Shown here: positions 42,373 through 53,456 of the stretch, piece after piece
How positions within the stretch are numbered: the first letter of the stretch is position 1
Layout of the letters: every line of letters starts with the position of its first letter
Assembly (NCBI GenBank): GCA_963663385.2
Contig: CAXXXD010000003.1
Coordinates: forward strand, 1,088,001 to 1,152,000
Direction: 5' to 3'
DNA length: 64,000 nucleotides
Source: Oceanispirochaeta sp.
Lineage (GTDB): Bacteria > Spirochaetota > Spirochaetia > DSM-2461
The notes under the pieces: model-generated
What the model was told of the DNA's origin: nothing
The model's database searches: none
Seen by the model: only the letters and a program-made list of their open reading frames with translations
Translations under genes and position numbers: made by a program

Positions 42373-45300
42373 ATGCAAAAACAGAAACAAAGCGGGACCG
42401 GTTCCCGTAAATATAATGCCATATCCTATAGTTCACTACCGGTGCAATGGCGGGAAATTCATGATGGTCTGAAAACTGTCCGGCGCTGTGACTACTTTCG
42501 CCTGAAAAGAGACCTGGACAGACTGATTCGATCATCTGGAAAGGACTTTCCCGAAGATTCGGAGCTGTTGAGCCGCATAAAAAACCGGATCCGTTCATCT
42601 GCAGAAGAGAAGCAGCGCCGGAAGCTCAGGAAGTACCGGTACAACTGGAATGACTCTCTCCCGATAACAGCCCGGAAGGATGAAATAATCCAGACAATCC
42701 GTGATAATCAGGTTGTGGTTCTGGCAGGAGAAACAGGAAGCGGTAAAACAACCCAGATCCCCAAGTTCTGCCTGGCTGCCGGACGGGGAGTGGAAGGAAA
42801 AATCGGCTGTACACAGCCGCGCCGTATTGCCGCTCTTTCCGTAGCGGAACGGATCGCCGGGGAGATGGGTGAGAAACCAGGGAAAACAGTGGGATACAAA
42901 ATCCGTTTTCAGGATAAGGATGATCCCCTGGGAGCCGTAAAAATCATGACAGACGGTATCCTTCTGGCAGAAACCCAGGGAGATGCCTGGCTGAATGAAT
43001 ATGATACCCTGATTATTGATGAGGCACATGAAAGAAGCCTGAATATTGACTTTATCCTGGGGATACTGCGCCGGCTGATTCAGAAGAGGAAAGATCTCAA
43101 ACTGATTATTACTTCAGCCACTATTGATACCAGGAAATTTTCTGAAGCTTTTGACAATGCTCCGGTTATTGAGGTTTCGGGAAGAACTTTCCCTGTAGAG
43201 GTCCGTTATCAGGATGAGGAGAGTGACGATGACGCCTCCCCGGCGGAAAGGGCGGCTGAAGCGGCCGATACCCTGATCCGTAAGGATCCCAGAGGGGATA
43301 TCCTTATTTTTATGCCCACTGAACAGGATATCAGGGAAACCTGTGACCTTATAGCTGGCCGCCATGGGGGGGCGCTGATTCTGCCTCTGTACGCCCGTCT
43401 GTCTTCATCTGACCAGCAGCGTGTATTTGCTTCTTCCTCCAGTAGAAAGATAATCGTTTCCACCAATGTGGCAGAGACCTCACTGACCATTCCCGGCATT
43501 AAATATGTCATAGATACGGGGCTGGCCCGTCTGGCTCAGTACTATCCCTCCACGGGAACCTTCGCCCTGCCTGTCGTTCCTGTATCCAGAAGCAGCGCCG
43601 ACCAGAGAAAAGGTCGCTGCGGTCGTGTGGAAAACGGTATCTGTATCCGTCTTTATACAGAGGAGGATTACAACTCCAGGCAGGAATTCACTCCGGCAGA
43701 AATCCTCAGAACCAATCTGGCGGAAGTTATTCTCAGGATGCTTTCCCTCCGTTTGGACGATCCGGCCAAATTCCCCTTTATTGACGCCCCCTCATCAGCC
43801 GGAATTGCCGACGGGTACAAGACTCTTCTGGAGCTGGGGGCTGTTCTGAATACAGGGAGCGGCAAAAAACGCCGTTACTCTCTTACAAATATCGGCCGTA
43901 CCATGGCTTCTCTTCCCCTTGATCCCCGTCTGGCCCGTATGCTGCTTCAGGCGGACCGGGAAGACTGCCTGGAGGAGATCCTGATTATCGCATCCTCCCT
44001 GAATGTTCATGACCCCAGGGAAAGGCCTTCGGATAAACCGGGTAACGCAGAGCAGGCTCAGGCAAAATTCCGGCATGAGGAATCGGACTTCCTGACCCGT
44101 TTGAATATCTGGCGCAGTTTTGAACAGGATTATGATGTAAAAAAAGCGGGGCATCTGAGAAAGTACTGCAAGGCTAACTACCTCTCTTACCGGCGCATGC
44201 GGGAGTGGCAGGATATATACAGGCAGCTGAAGATTATTCTGGAAGAGAAGGGGTATAAGGTTAAACCTTATCAGGGGAATCAGGAAAACTTCTATCCCGC
44301 CATTCACAGGGCCATTCTCAGCGGTTTTCTCTCTCATATTGCCCTGAAGAAGGAGAAGGTCTTCTATAAGGCTACCCGTAACAGGGAGATGATGCTTTTT
44401 CCCGGTTCCGGTCTGTTTCAGGGCCAGAAGGGAGGAGAGTGGATTGTAGCCGGAGAGATCGTGAAAACATCACGGCTGTTTGCCCGTATCGTAGCCAATA
44501 TTGACAGCTCCTGGCTGATTGATCTGGGAGCTCATCTGATGACCGAAACATACCACTCTCCCGTGTGGTCACAGGATAAGGGTGCCGTTATGGCGGTACA
44601 GCAGAAACGACTGTTCGGATTTATCATCACCGAGGGAAGCGTACCCTATGGACCGGTCAACCCGGCGGAAGCTACGGATATCTTTATCCGCAGCGCTCTT
44701 CTGGAAGGAATGGTTAAGAATCCTTCGGAATACCCTTTTCTGGAAAAGAACAGGGCGCTAATTGATTCAATAGTTAATATGGAAAATAAAATACGCCGTA
44801 GAAATCTGATGGTGTCTGATGAAGAGCTGTTTCTTATTTATAAATCCCGGCTGGACGGCGTATATGATCTGGGACTGCTGGAGCAGTATATCCGCGATAA
44901 GGGAGAGGATGCACTTCTTATTACCGAAAAGGATCTTCTGTCGGGCAGTACGGAGAATCTGAATCTGGAGCAGTTCCCTGATCAGCTCTCCTTCGGTAAT
45001 GTGGATGTTTCTGTGGAGTACAGTTTTGAACCGGGAGATGAAACGGATGGAGTTACCCTCCAGGTGGCGGCTCGGGATGCGGTTAATGTAGATGCCGCCA
45101 AACTGGACTGGGCCATACCGGGGCTTCACAGGGATCGTGTTACGGCCCTGATCAAAGGTCTGCCTAAAAATCTCAGAAAAAAACTGACCCCCGTTAATGC
45201 GACGGTGGAGGAGATTCTGAAAAACATGCCCCATCAGGACGATACCAGGCTTACCCGAGCGCTGAGTGAGTTTATCTATACCGAATGGGGACTCTCCATC

Positions 45301-46356
45301 CCCCTGGATGAATGGAATGAGGATGCCCTGCCGGAACACCTCAGGATCCGTATCGCCGTAACTGACGAGAAGGGAAAGGTGATTGAAGCCGCCCGTGATT
45401 CGGAGGTCCTCTATAAAAAATATAAAGCCAATGTGGACAGGAATGCCCTAAACCGCTGCCGCAGGGAGTGGGAGAGGAGCGGTATTCAGAAATGGGATTT
45501 TGATGACATTCCCGAAGAGATCACCCTGAAAGGAAAAGGGGGACTTATATTCAAGGTCTATCCTGTTCTTAAGGACTGCGGCGAGGATGGTGCTGCTCTG
45601 GTCCTGCTGGAGAACAGGGACGAGGCTCTGGATACCCATCAGAAAGGCCTTGCACGGCTTCTCAGAGGGGAATTCGCCAAGGAGGTCCGGGCTTTCCGCA
45701 AGGAGCTTTCCTCCAGTTATCCTCTGGGAGACGGAGCGGCTTATTTCGGAGGATCAGATAAAATCGAAAGGATGATCTGGAATCGGATCTTTCTGGAATC
45801 CTCTGAGAAGCCCGTATGGAAGGAGTCCGAATTCCGCAGCCTGGCTTCCGATCTGGCACCCCGCCTGTTCTCTATTGCTTCGGACTATTATGAACAGGCT
45901 TCCGGGATCATCGAAGATTTCCGGGAAACACGCCTTTTTCTGGGGCAGGCGGAAAAGAAACGGGGAGCCGGAGGGCTGATTTATATAGAACAGCGCCGGG
46001 AAGACCTGAAAGAGCTCGTTCCCGATAATTTCCTGGAAAAATACCCCTCCCACAGGATCCGTCAGCTTCCCCGGTATATGAAACTTATCAGACTCCGGGC
46101 CGAAAAAGGGAACCTGGATCCCGTAAAAGACCGGGAGAGGGAGAACACTTATCTGCGCTACTGGAACCGGTATCAAAAAATTGTAAAGGAACTTCCCGAA
46201 TGGATCAGTCCCTCCCGGAAAGAAGGGGTGGAAGATCTGTGGTGGTACCTTCAGGAGTATAAGATTTATCTCTTTGCCCAGGAGATGAAAACCAGAGAGA
46301 AGGTTTCCACGGAAAGGGTTGAGAAGAGACTGGATAAACTTCAGGCCATGCTCTAG
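42373..46356 (+). CDS. hrpA: ATP-dependent RNA helicase HrpA
   Basis: GETGSGKTTQ, DEAH, SAT, QRKGRCGR, long C-terminus ending LFAQE. Confidence 0.95.
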   Translation: MQKQKQSGTGSRKYNAISYSSLPVQWREIHDGLKTVRRCDYFRLKRDLDRLIRSSGKDFPEDSELLSRIKNRIRSSAEEKQRRKLRKYRYNWNDSLPITARKDEIIQTIRDNQVVVLAGETGSGKTTQIPKFCLAAGRGVEGKIGCTQPRRIAALSVAERIAGEMGEKPGKTVGYKIRFQDKDDPLGAVKIMTDGILLAETQGDAWLNEYDTLIIDEAHERSLNIDFILGILRRLIQKRKDLKLIITSATIDTRKFSEAFDNAPVIEVSGRTFPVEVRYQDEESDDDASPAERAAEAADTLIRKDPRGDILIFMPTEQDIRETCDLIAGRHGGALILPLYARLSSSDQQRVFASSSSRKIIVSTNVAETSLTIPGIKYVIDTGLARLAQYYPSTGTFALPVVPVSRSSADQRKGRCGRVENGICIRLYTEEDYNSRQEFTPAEILRTNLAEVILRMLSLRLDDPAKFPFIDAPSSAGIADGYKTLLELGAVLNTGSGKKRRYSLTNIGRTMASLPLDPRLARMLLQADREDCLEEILIIASSLNVHDPRERPSDKPGNAEQAQAKFRHEESDFLTRLNIWRSFEQDYDVKKAGHLRKYCKANYLSYRRMREWQDIYRQLKIILEEKGYKVKPYQGNQENFYPAIHRAILSGFLSHIALKKEKVFYKATRNREMMLFPGSGLFQGQKGGEWIVAGEIVKTSRLFARIVANIDSSWLIDLGAHLMTETYHSPVWSQDKGAVMAVQQKRLFGFIITEGSVPYGPVNPAEATDIFIRSALLEGMVKNPSEYPFLEKNRALIDSIVNMENKIRRRNLMVSDEELFLIYKSRLDGVYDLGLLEQYIRDKGEDALLITEKDLLSGSTENLNLEQFPDQLSFGNVDVSVEYSFEPGDETDGVTLQVAARDAVNVDAAKLDWAIPGLHRDRVTALIKGLPKNLRKKLTPVNATVEEILKNMPHQDDTRLTRALSEFIYTEWGLSIPLDEWNEDALPEHLRIRIAVTDEKGKVIEAARDSEVLYKKYKANVDRNALNRCRREWERSGIQKWDFDDIPEEITLKGKGGLIFKVYPVLKDCGEDGAALVLLENRDEALDTHQKGLARLLRGEFAKEVRAFRKELSSSYPLGDGAAYFGGSDKIERMIWNRIFLESSEKPVWKESEFRSLASDLAPRLFSIASDYYEQASGIIEDFRETRLFLGQAEKKRGAGGLIYIEQRREDLKELVPDNFLEKYPSHRIRQLPRYMKLIRLRAEKGNLDPVKDRERENTYLRYWNRYQKIVKELPEWISPSRKEGVEDLWWYLQEYKIYLFAQEMKTREKVSTERVEKRLDKLQAML

Positions 46357-46386
46357 GTAATAGGCCGAGCTGTCGATAGTAAAATT

Positions 46387-47403
46387 ATGTCACCTCTTAA
46401 ACGTTTTTTTCTGGCACTGCTGCTGATTCTTATACTTATCGGGCTGGGATCCTGGGGTTTTATGGCTATAGAAGGCTGGTCCTGGGACGACAGTGTGTAT
46501 ATGACATTTCTCACTTTCTCAACGGTCGGATTCAGCGAGGTCCATCCCCTCAGCAGGGAAGGCCGGTATTTTATGATCTTCCTGATTATAATCAGTCTGC
46601 TGACTATCGGTTATATCATAACAACCATTATTTCCTTTCTTTTTGAGGGGCATTTTCTACAAACCATGAAGGAGCGACGGATGAAATATTTTCTCGGTCA
46701 GATAAAGGATCACTACATCATTTGCGGTTTTGGAGATGTTGGAAAGGAGTCAGTCAAAGAGTTTCAGAGAATAAAGGCTCCTTTTCTGGTAATCGATCTC
46801 AATGTGGATTCCATAGATAAAAACCGTTATCCCGATATCATGTTTGTTGAAGGGGATGCTTCGGAAGAGGATACTCTTGAAAAGGCCCGTATTCACAAGG
46901 CGAAAGGATTCATATCCTGTCTGCCGGAAGACCCGCAGAATGTTTTTACCGTGCTCACAGCCCGTCAGATGAATCCGTCTCTGAATATTGTTTCCAAAGC
47001 TTCCGATGAGCGGACCGTTAAAAAGCTGGAGAAGGCCGGGGCTAACCGTGTAATATCTCCCAGCCAGATTGCAGGACGCCGCCTCGCCTCTGTCAGCGTT
47101 AAACCGGCTATTGTGAATTTTCTGGATGTCCTTTCCACCGGAGGAGGGGATGAGGATATCCGGCTGGAATCGGTTCGTATAGCCAAAGGCTCTTCCCTTG
47201 TCGGGAAATCCCTGAAAGAGAGCAATATCGGGCAGTATACAGGAGCTATCATAATAGGAATTCTGAATCCCCGGGGAGAGGCCCGACTGAATGAGGGGGC
47301 CATGGCTTCTCTGGCCGCCATCCGTCTGCAGGAAGAGGATCAGCTGATTGCTCTGGGAAACGAAGAACAGATTTCACATCTGCAGAAATTCGCTTCCACC
47401 TGA
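46387..47403 (+). CDS. 2-TM potassium channel with TrkA-N/TrkA-C (RCK) domains
   Basis: Pore motif STVGFSEV, CGFGDVG Rossmann fold, GDA, AGANRVISP. Confidence 0.9.
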   Translation: MSPLKRFFLALLLILILIGLGSWGFMAIEGWSWDDSVYMTFLTFSTVGFSEVHPLSREGRYFMIFLIIISLLTIGYIITTIISFLFEGHFLQTMKERRMKYFLGQIKDHYIICGFGDVGKESVKEFQRIKAPFLVIDLNVDSIDKNRYPDIMFVEGDASEEDTLEKARIHKAKGFISCLPEDPQNVFTVLTARQMNPSLNIVSKASDERTVKKLEKAGANRVISPSQIAGRRLASVSVKPAIVNFLDVLSTGGGDEDIRLESVRIAKGSSLVGKSLKESNIGQYTGAIIIGILNPRGEARLNEGAMASLAAIRLQEEDQLIALGNEEQISHLQKFAST

Positions 47404-47418
47404 AATATAAAAAATTAA

Positions 47419-47457
47419 CAGGACCGGCTCCTGGTGCTGCCTCTTGAACCGGTCCTG
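47419..47457. terminator. Hairpin between convergent genes
   Basis: CAGGACCGG...CCGGTCCTG. Confidence 0.5.
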
Positions 47458-47467
47458 CATCCTGTTG

Positions 47468-49735
47468 TTATTTAGACTCTTCTCTCAGAAGATTCAGAGC
47501 CGAACCGGATTTAAACCAGCGAATCTGTTCCTCATTCAGAGTGTGAACGGCTGTTATCGTCTCTTCCGATCCGTCCGAATGAGTCAGAACCAGCGAGAGT
47601 TCTGTTCCCGGTGAAAGCTTATCAAGACCTGTAACGGAAATCCTGTCCTCTTCCCGGATCTTTTCATAATCAGAAGGATCTTTAAAAGTCATGGCCAGTA
47701 TTCCCTGCTTTTTCAGGTTCGTCTCATGTATACGGGCAAAGCTTTTTACCAGAACTGCAGCACATCCAAGAAGACGGGGACTCATGGCGGCGTGTTCGCG
47801 GCTGCTGCCCTCTCCGTAGTTTTCATCACCCACAATGATCCATCTGGCCCCTTCCGCCTTGTAACTGCGGGCGGTATCAGAAAAGGACACTCCGGTTTTT
47901 CCGGAAAGAAGATTTTTTCCGGTTCCAGTTTCATCCGTAAAAGCATTGGTGGCGCCGCAGAGCATATTATCGGAAATATTATCCAGATGTCCTCTGTATT
48001 TCAGCCAGGGGCCGGCCGGGCTGATATGGTCGGTCGTACACTTTCCCTTTGCTTTACACAGAAGGGGCAGGGATTCAAGATCCTTTCCATCCCAGGGGGT
48101 AAAGGGCGTTAGGAGCTGAAGGCGATCGGAAGTCTTATTGACTTTTACCTCAACCGATGCTCCTTCCGGATCCTGGTAACCGGCTCCGTTATCAAGGAAT
48201 CCCTTTGAAGGAAGTTCTTCACCCCGTGGGATATCAAAGCGGACATCCTTACCCTCCCTGTTTTTTACAGTGTCAATTAAGGGATTGAAATCCAGTTTAC
48301 CGGTTATTCCCATAACTGTAACCATTTCGGGACTGGCGATGAATGAGAGAGTTTCCGGGTTGGCGTCGTTACGGGCCCGGAAGTTTCTGTTAAAACTGTT
48401 GACTATGCTGTTTTTAACGCCCTTTTTCACATCCTCCCTCTGCCACTGTCCGATACAGGGACCGCAGGAGTTGGTCAGGATAGTGGCGCCGCCCTCTTCA
48501 AGCACAGCAAGCTGTCCGTCCCGGGCTATGGTGTCTTTCACCAGAAGGGAGCCGGGTGAAATCAATAGGGGAAGGGCAGGATCAATCCCTTTTTCAATAG
48601 CCTGCTTCATTATTGAGGCGGACCGGTCAATATCTTCATAGGAAGAGTTGGTACAGCTTCCTATCAGAGCTGCCGTAATCTCTGTAGGCCAACCTTCCTT
48701 AACGGCTTTTTCTTTCATCTCGGAAAGGGAGGTAACCGCATCGGGAGAGTGGGGTCCTGTAATCTGGGGTTCCAGCTCATCCAGGTTGATTTCAATGACC
48801 TGATCATAGTATTTCTCAGGATCGGCCAGGACTTCCGCATCGGGAGCCAGTATATCAGAGGCCTTGTCCGCCAGATCAGCCAGGGCCTTTCTACCCGTAG
48901 AAGAAAGGTAGGCCTGCATTTTTGTATCATAGGGGAACAGGGAACAGGTCGCGCCCAGTTCGGCACCCATATTGGCAATGGTTGCCTTACCGGTACAGCT
49001 GATGCTGGAGCATCCTTCTCCGAAGTATTCTACAATACGGTTTGTGCCGCCTTTTACGGTGAGTATTTTAAGGAGCTTGATAATGACATCCTTGGGAGAT
49101 GTCCAGCCCTTCATGCTGCCGGTCAGCTTGACGCCGAGTATCCCCGGATTCTTTACTTCCCAGGGAAGACCGGCCATTACATCCGATGCATCGGCCCCGC
49201 CGACACCGCTGGCGATCATTCCCAGACCGCCTGCGTTGGGGGTGTGAGAATCCGTACCTATCATCATCCCGCCGGGGAAGGCATAATTTTCCAGAACAAT
49301 CTGATGGATAATACCGGCGCCGGGTTCCCAGAAACCGATATTGTAGTGGCTGGCCGCTGTGGACAGGAATTCATAAACTTCCCTGTTCTCTTCTTTGGCT
49401 CTTGCCAGGTCTTCATCATTGCCGGAATAGGCTCTGATCAGGTGATCGCAGTGAACTGTGGCCGGTACGGCAGATTCCTTTCGACCGGAAAGCATGAACT
49501 GAAGAAGGGCCATCTGCGCGGTAGCATCCTGCATGGCAACTCTATCGGGCTGAAGCAGCAGGAAACTGCTGCCTCTTGTAAGGTCCTGGTTCCGGGGATC
49601 AATAAGGTGGCCGAAAAGGACTTTCTCGGCCAATGTGAGGGGACGGTTCAATCTTTCCCGGACAATATTGAGGTTTTCTCTTGTTTTTTGATAGGTTCCC
49701 TCTACTAAAGCAGGGGTTGTTGCTATTTCAGACAT
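47468..49735 (-). CDS. Aconitate hydratase (mitochondrial-like type, ~755 aa)
   Basis: [64 protein letters not shown]. Confidence 0.95.
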   Translation of the reverse strand: MSEIATTPALVEGTYQKTRENLNIVRERLNRPLTLAEKVLFGHLIDPRNQDLTRGSSFLLLQPDRVAMQDATAQMALLQFMLSGRKESAVPATVHCDHLIRAYSGNDEDLARAKEENREVYEFLSTAASHYNIGFWEPGAGIIHQIVLENYAFPGGMMIGTDSHTPNAGGLGMIASGVGGADASDVMAGLPWEVKNPGILGVKLTGSMKGWTSPKDVIIKLLKILTVKGGTNRIVEYFGEGCSSISCTGKATIANMGAELGATCSLFPYDTKMQAYLSSTGRKALADLADKASDILAPDAEVLADPEKYYDQVIEINLDELEPQITGPHSPDAVTSLSEMKEKAVKEGWPTEITAALIGSCTNSSYEDIDRSASIMKQAIEKGIDPALPLLISPGSLLVKDTIARDGQLAVLEEGGATILTNSCGPCIGQWQREDVKKGVKNSIVNSFNRNFRARNDANPETLSFIASPEMVTVMGITGKLDFNPLIDTVKNREGKDVRFDIPRGEELPSKGFLDNGAGYQDPEGASVEVKVNKTSDRLQLLTPFTPWDGKDLESLPLLCKAKGKCTTDHISPAGPWLKYRGHLDNISDNMLCGATNAFTDETGTGKNLLSGKTGVSFSDTARSYKAEGARWIIVGDENYGEGSSREHAAMSPRLLGCAAVLVKSFARIHETNLKKQGILAMTFKDPSDYEKIREEDRISVTGLDKLSPGTELSLVLTHSDGSEETITAVHTLNEEQIRWFKSGSALNLLREESK

Positions 49736-50001
49736 AGACAGCTCCTTAAAAAGTTCAGCAGAAATCTCGGGGAAATGATTATATATAAGATAACTTTCAT
49801 TGCTCCCGGAATTTTACCTGTAAAAAAGACTCTTCCTATTCCTGAATTCAGGGGGCATACTGCTGATTTCAATTATTATTGACGAAAAAATAAATAAAAT
49901 CAATTTCTCATACCATATTCTACATTTCATAATCCTATTTGCCCCTGAGGAGAATGTTTTCTATAATGATATTACACTGAAGAGTAACCCGGGAGTGACA
50001 A

Positions 50002-51828
50002 ATGAAGAGTGATAAAAAGAAGAATAATGGCAGGTTCTGGAAAGGGCTGGGACGATTCCTGGATATAAGCAGGAGAGTTGTCCTGAATCTTATTTTCTGG
50101 TCTGTTATTATCCTCATTGTTATCGCTCTGATACCCCCGAGGATCCCGGTTAAGGAGAATTCCCTGCTTTATCTTAAGCCGGATGGTATCCTTGTAGACT
50201 CACTCAATATTCCCGATTACCCCTTTGATGCGGCTCCCTTTCTGAATCGTTCTGTTGAGACATCAGCAATAGATCTGGGGGCAGTTATCAGAAATGCGTC
50301 CGCGGATGACCGGATCAGCGGGATGATTCTGGATCTTTCCACATTTGAATATGGCTCACTGGCTGTCCTGCAGGATCTGGAAAAGGATCTGCTTGCATTT
50401 AAGGAAAAGGGGAAAAAAATCTATGCCTGGGCTCCCGACTATAATCAGTACGCCTATTATCTGGCCTCCACCGCAGACAGAATCTATATGGACACCATGG
50501 GACGGGTCCTACTTTCAGGTTTTGGAGTATTCCGATCCTATTTTAAAGCGGGGATGGACAAATGGGACCTGGGAATGGCTGTTTTTCAGGCCGGTGAGTA
50601 TAAGTCTTTTGTTGAACCCTACCTTTATGACCGTATGTCCGAGGGTGTAAAGAAAGAGAACCTCCGCTGGACTGGGAATCTCTGGAATCAGCTTCTGGAC
50701 TCTATCGCATTAAACAGGGGGATTGATAAAACATCCCTGATAAAATGGGTGGATGAATACCCGGAATACCTGAATCAGGCTGACAATAACGAAGCTGAAT
50801 CAGCGTTGAAAGCCGGTTTGGTTGATGATACGGGAAGCTGGCGGGACTTTTCTTCCGAAATGGTAAAAATTACCGGTTATGATGCGGATAATGAAGGATT
50901 CCGTTCCATCCACTGGCTGGATTATCAGGTTCTGATTAAGCGGAAACTGCCAGAACCCTTTGAAAAGACAGTGGCTGTTATTACCGCAAGCGGGGATATT
51001 CATTCGGGCGAAGGCACTCAGTGGACAATCGGTTCCGATACACTGATCCGCAGACTGGAAGAGGCGGAAAATGAAAGAAGCGTCCGAGCCATTGTACTGC
51101 GTCTGGATACGGGCGGGGGCAGCGCTTATGCCTCTGAAGAGATACGCCGTACCCTGGAGAGAATACGGGAACGCGGCATGACCGTTGTGGTCTCCATGGG
51201 GGGAGTAAGCGCCTCCGGAGGTTACTGGATTGCCAGTGAGTGCGATGAGCTCTGGAGTTCTCCGGGAACTATAACAGGCTCCATAGGGGTTTTTTCTCTT
51301 ATTCCCGAAACAGACAGTTTCCTTGAGGAACACCTGGGCATCCGGGGAGACGGCATCGGAACGACCTGGATGAGCGGGCAGGGCAGGCCGGACCAGCCGT
51401 TGAACGGATCATCCCGAGCTGTTCTGCAGAGCGGTGTAAACAGTACATATAAAACATTTCTCTCCCTTGTATCCGAAAACAGAAATATTCCTCCGGAGGA
51501 ATTAATCCTTCTGGCAGAAGGGCGTATCTGGACGGGGGAGGAAGCTGTCCGTTACGGATTATGTGATAAAAACGGTACTCTGAGAGAGGCTGTTCAGGCC
51601 GCAGCGGATCTGGCCTATCTGGAGGATTATAATACCTGGTATGTTCCCCCTGTTTCCCCGTCTTTGATGGAAATGGCCGCATCCTTTATGAGCCGTATCT
51701 CCTCGGATCTGACGGGTAAAATTTCCGTTCCGTTACAGATTCTGGACGTTTATAGTAGATCAACAGATCTGGTTCCCGGAAAAATATACGCCCTTTCTCC
51801 CATCCGGAATGGAAATATTATTAAATAG
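50002..51828 (+). CDS. sppA: Signal peptide peptidase SppA, 67K type
   Basis: AGEYKS, D(T)GGGS, ASGGYWIA, TITGSIGV, EGRIWTG. Confidence 0.93.
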   Translation: MKSDKKKNNGRFWKGLGRFLDISRRVVLNLIFWSVIILIVIALIPPRIPVKENSLLYLKPDGILVDSLNIPDYPFDAAPFLNRSVETSAIDLGAVIRNASADDRISGMILDLSTFEYGSLAVLQDLEKDLLAFKEKGKKIYAWAPDYNQYAYYLASTADRIYMDTMGRVLLSGFGVFRSYFKAGMDKWDLGMAVFQAGEYKSFVEPYLYDRMSEGVKKENLRWTGNLWNQLLDSIALNRGIDKTSLIKWVDEYPEYLNQADNNEAESALKAGLVDDTGSWRDFSSEMVKITGYDADNEGFRSIHWLDYQVLIKRKLPEPFEKTVAVITASGDIHSGEGTQWTIGSDTLIRRLEEAENERSVRAIVLRLDTGGGSAYASEEIRRTLERIRERGMTVVVSMGGVSASGGYWIASECDELWSSPGTITGSIGVFSLIPETDSFLEEHLGIRGDGIGTTWMSGQGRPDQPLNGSSRAVLQSGVNSTYKTFLSLVSENRNIPPEELILLAEGRIWTGEEAVRYGLCDKNGTLREAVQAAADLAYLEDYNTWYVPPVSPSLMEMAASFMSRISSDLTGKISVPLQILDVYSRSTDLVPGKIYALSPIRNGNIIK

Positions 51829-51867
51829 GCATGGATAAACTTTCTCTCAAGGATTAATATAGGATTT

Positions 51868-52344
51868 ATGGAAATAGCATTACCTTTGGAAATCTTAAAC
51901 AATATGCCCTGGTTCTGGCTGGGAGTCGCGGTTCTTATGACCATTATCGAAGGCATGACAATGGGATTGACCACCATATGGCTGGCAATCGCCGCACTGG
52001 CCAGTATGGTTCTGGCTTTTATCATCCCCTCTGTTACGGCGCAGATAACCGTTTTTCTGATTCTATCCATCATCCTTTTTCTCTTTACCCGGCCGGTAGC
52101 CATAAAAAAGATGAAACTGGGAAAGGAAAAAACGAATTCTGACCGTCTGATAGGCATGAGCGCCCTGGTAACGGAAAATGTCAGCACCGATGAACCGGGG
52201 CAGGTAAAAGTGGGAGGCCAGATATGGACGGCCCGTCCCGAACCGGCCAATCTGATTCTGGAAAAAGGAACGGCCTGCCGGATTCTCAGTATTCAGGGAG
52301 TTACCCTGCTGGTTGCTCCCGAATCGGCAGAAGAAGAAAAATAA
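51868..52344 (+). CDS. Short NfeD family protein (C-terminal OB fold)
   Basis: TM hairpins, LIGMSALV, GQVKVGGQIWTAR. Confidence 0.88.
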   Translation: MEIALPLEILNNMPWFWLGVAVLMTIIEGMTMGLTTIWLAIAALASMVLAFIIPSVTAQITVFLILSIILFLFTRPVAIKKMKLGKEKTNSDRLIGMSALVTENVSTDEPGQVKVGGQIWTARPEPANLILEKGTACRILSIQGVTLLVAPESAEEEK

Positions 52345-52400
52345 TAGGAAATGGACCGGTTATCTCATGGATGAACCGGTAAGTATAAGGAGTAAGTATT

Positions 52401-53324
52401 ATGTTTGAATCCTGGTTATTAATTGCACTGCTGTTTTTTATTCTGATTATTCTGATTAAAAATATCAGAATCGTTCCACAGGCCCAATCCTATATTCTGG
52501 AAAGACTGGGTGCTTATCAGAGTACCTGGACTGTAGGGCTTCATGTGAAAATCCCCCTGGTGGATAAGGTTGCCAACAAGGTTTCCATTAAGGAAAATGT
52601 TATTGATTTTGATCCTCAGCCGGTTATTACAAAAGACAATGTAACCATGCAGATTGATACTGTCGTTTATTATCAGATCACAGATCCCAAACTGTTTACC
52701 TACGGTGTAGACAGACCTATCAACGCCATTGAAAATCTGACAGCTACCACTCTCAGAAATATAATTGGTGAACTGGAACTTGATGAAACCCTGACCTCCC
52801 GTGACCTGATTAATACAAGAATGAGAAGCATTCTGGATGAAGCCACCGACCCCTGGGGGATCAAGGTTAACCGTGTGGAAGTAAAAAACATCCTTCCTCC
52901 CCCTGATATTCAGGACGCCATGGAAAAACAGATGCGGGCAGAACGTCAGAGAAGAGAGTCGATCCTTCGGGCAGAAGGAGAAAAAAGGTCAGCTATTCTG
53001 GTTGCAGAAGGGAACAAGGAATCTGCCATTCTTAATGCAGAAGCCGAGAAACAGGCTGCTATCCTGAGGGCCGAAGCGAATAAGGAAGCTGCTATTAGAG
53101 AAGCGGAAGGTGAAGCGGAAGCCATTCTCAAACTGCAGCAGGCAACCGCCAAAGGTTTGACCATGCTGAAGGCTGCGCAGGTGGACAGCTCCGTCATCCA
53201 GCTGAAAAGCCTGGAAGCCCTTGCCAAAGTGGCAGACGGTCAATCCACCAAAATAATCGTTCCCTCCAATATTCAGGACCTGGCGGGACTTGTTACTTCC
53301 ATCAAGGAAATAGGATCTAATTAA
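52401..53324 (+). CDS. SPFH/band-7 (QmcA/stomatin-like) protein
   Basis: ERLG, ITKDNVTMQID, DPWGIKVNRVE, QMRAER..R..IL.AEG. Confidence 0.93.
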   Translation: MFESWLLIALLFFILIILIKNIRIVPQAQSYILERLGAYQSTWTVGLHVKIPLVDKVANKVSIKENVIDFDPQPVITKDNVTMQIDTVVYYQITDPKLFTYGVDRPINAIENLTATTLRNIIGELELDETLTSRDLINTRMRSILDEATDPWGIKVNRVEVKNILPPPDIQDAMEKQMRAERQRRESILRAEGEKRSAILVAEGNKESAILNAEAEKQAAILRAEANKEAAIREAEGEAEAILKLQQATAKGLTMLKAAQVDSSVIQLKSLEALAKVADGQSTKIIVPSNIQDLAGLVTSIKEIGSN

Positions 53325-53348
53325 GGGATAGACTCGTCCTCTATCCGG

Positions 53349-53454
53349 ACCTCCCCCGACCCCTCCTCAGGAGGGGCGTAAAAATCTACTTCTCCCTTCA
53401 TAGGCGATGCAGGTTAGAATATTATTCCCCTCCTGAGGAGGGGTAAGGGGAGGT
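53349..53454. repeat. REP/BoxC-like inverted pair
   Basis: 28-nt arms 53349-53376 and 53427-53454 are inverted (26/28 match), each with internal palindrome CCCCTCCT-N-AGGAGGGG. Confidence 0.85.
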
Positions 53455-53456
53455 TC

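Noticed and set aside
41689..46356. Deoxynucleoside kinase plus helicase as an anti-phage system
   Set aside because: Both look like ordinary housekeeping dNK and HrpA, with no defence domains or island context.
48749..49708. Long antisense ORFs over aconitase (also over tgt, dinB, yjjI, pnp, hrpA)
   Set aside because: Shadow frames of well-supported genes with no recognisable domains.
49841..49852. Perfect palindrome CCTGAATTCAGG between aconitase and sppA
   Set aside because: Single 12-mer with no recognisable regulator match; could be chance.
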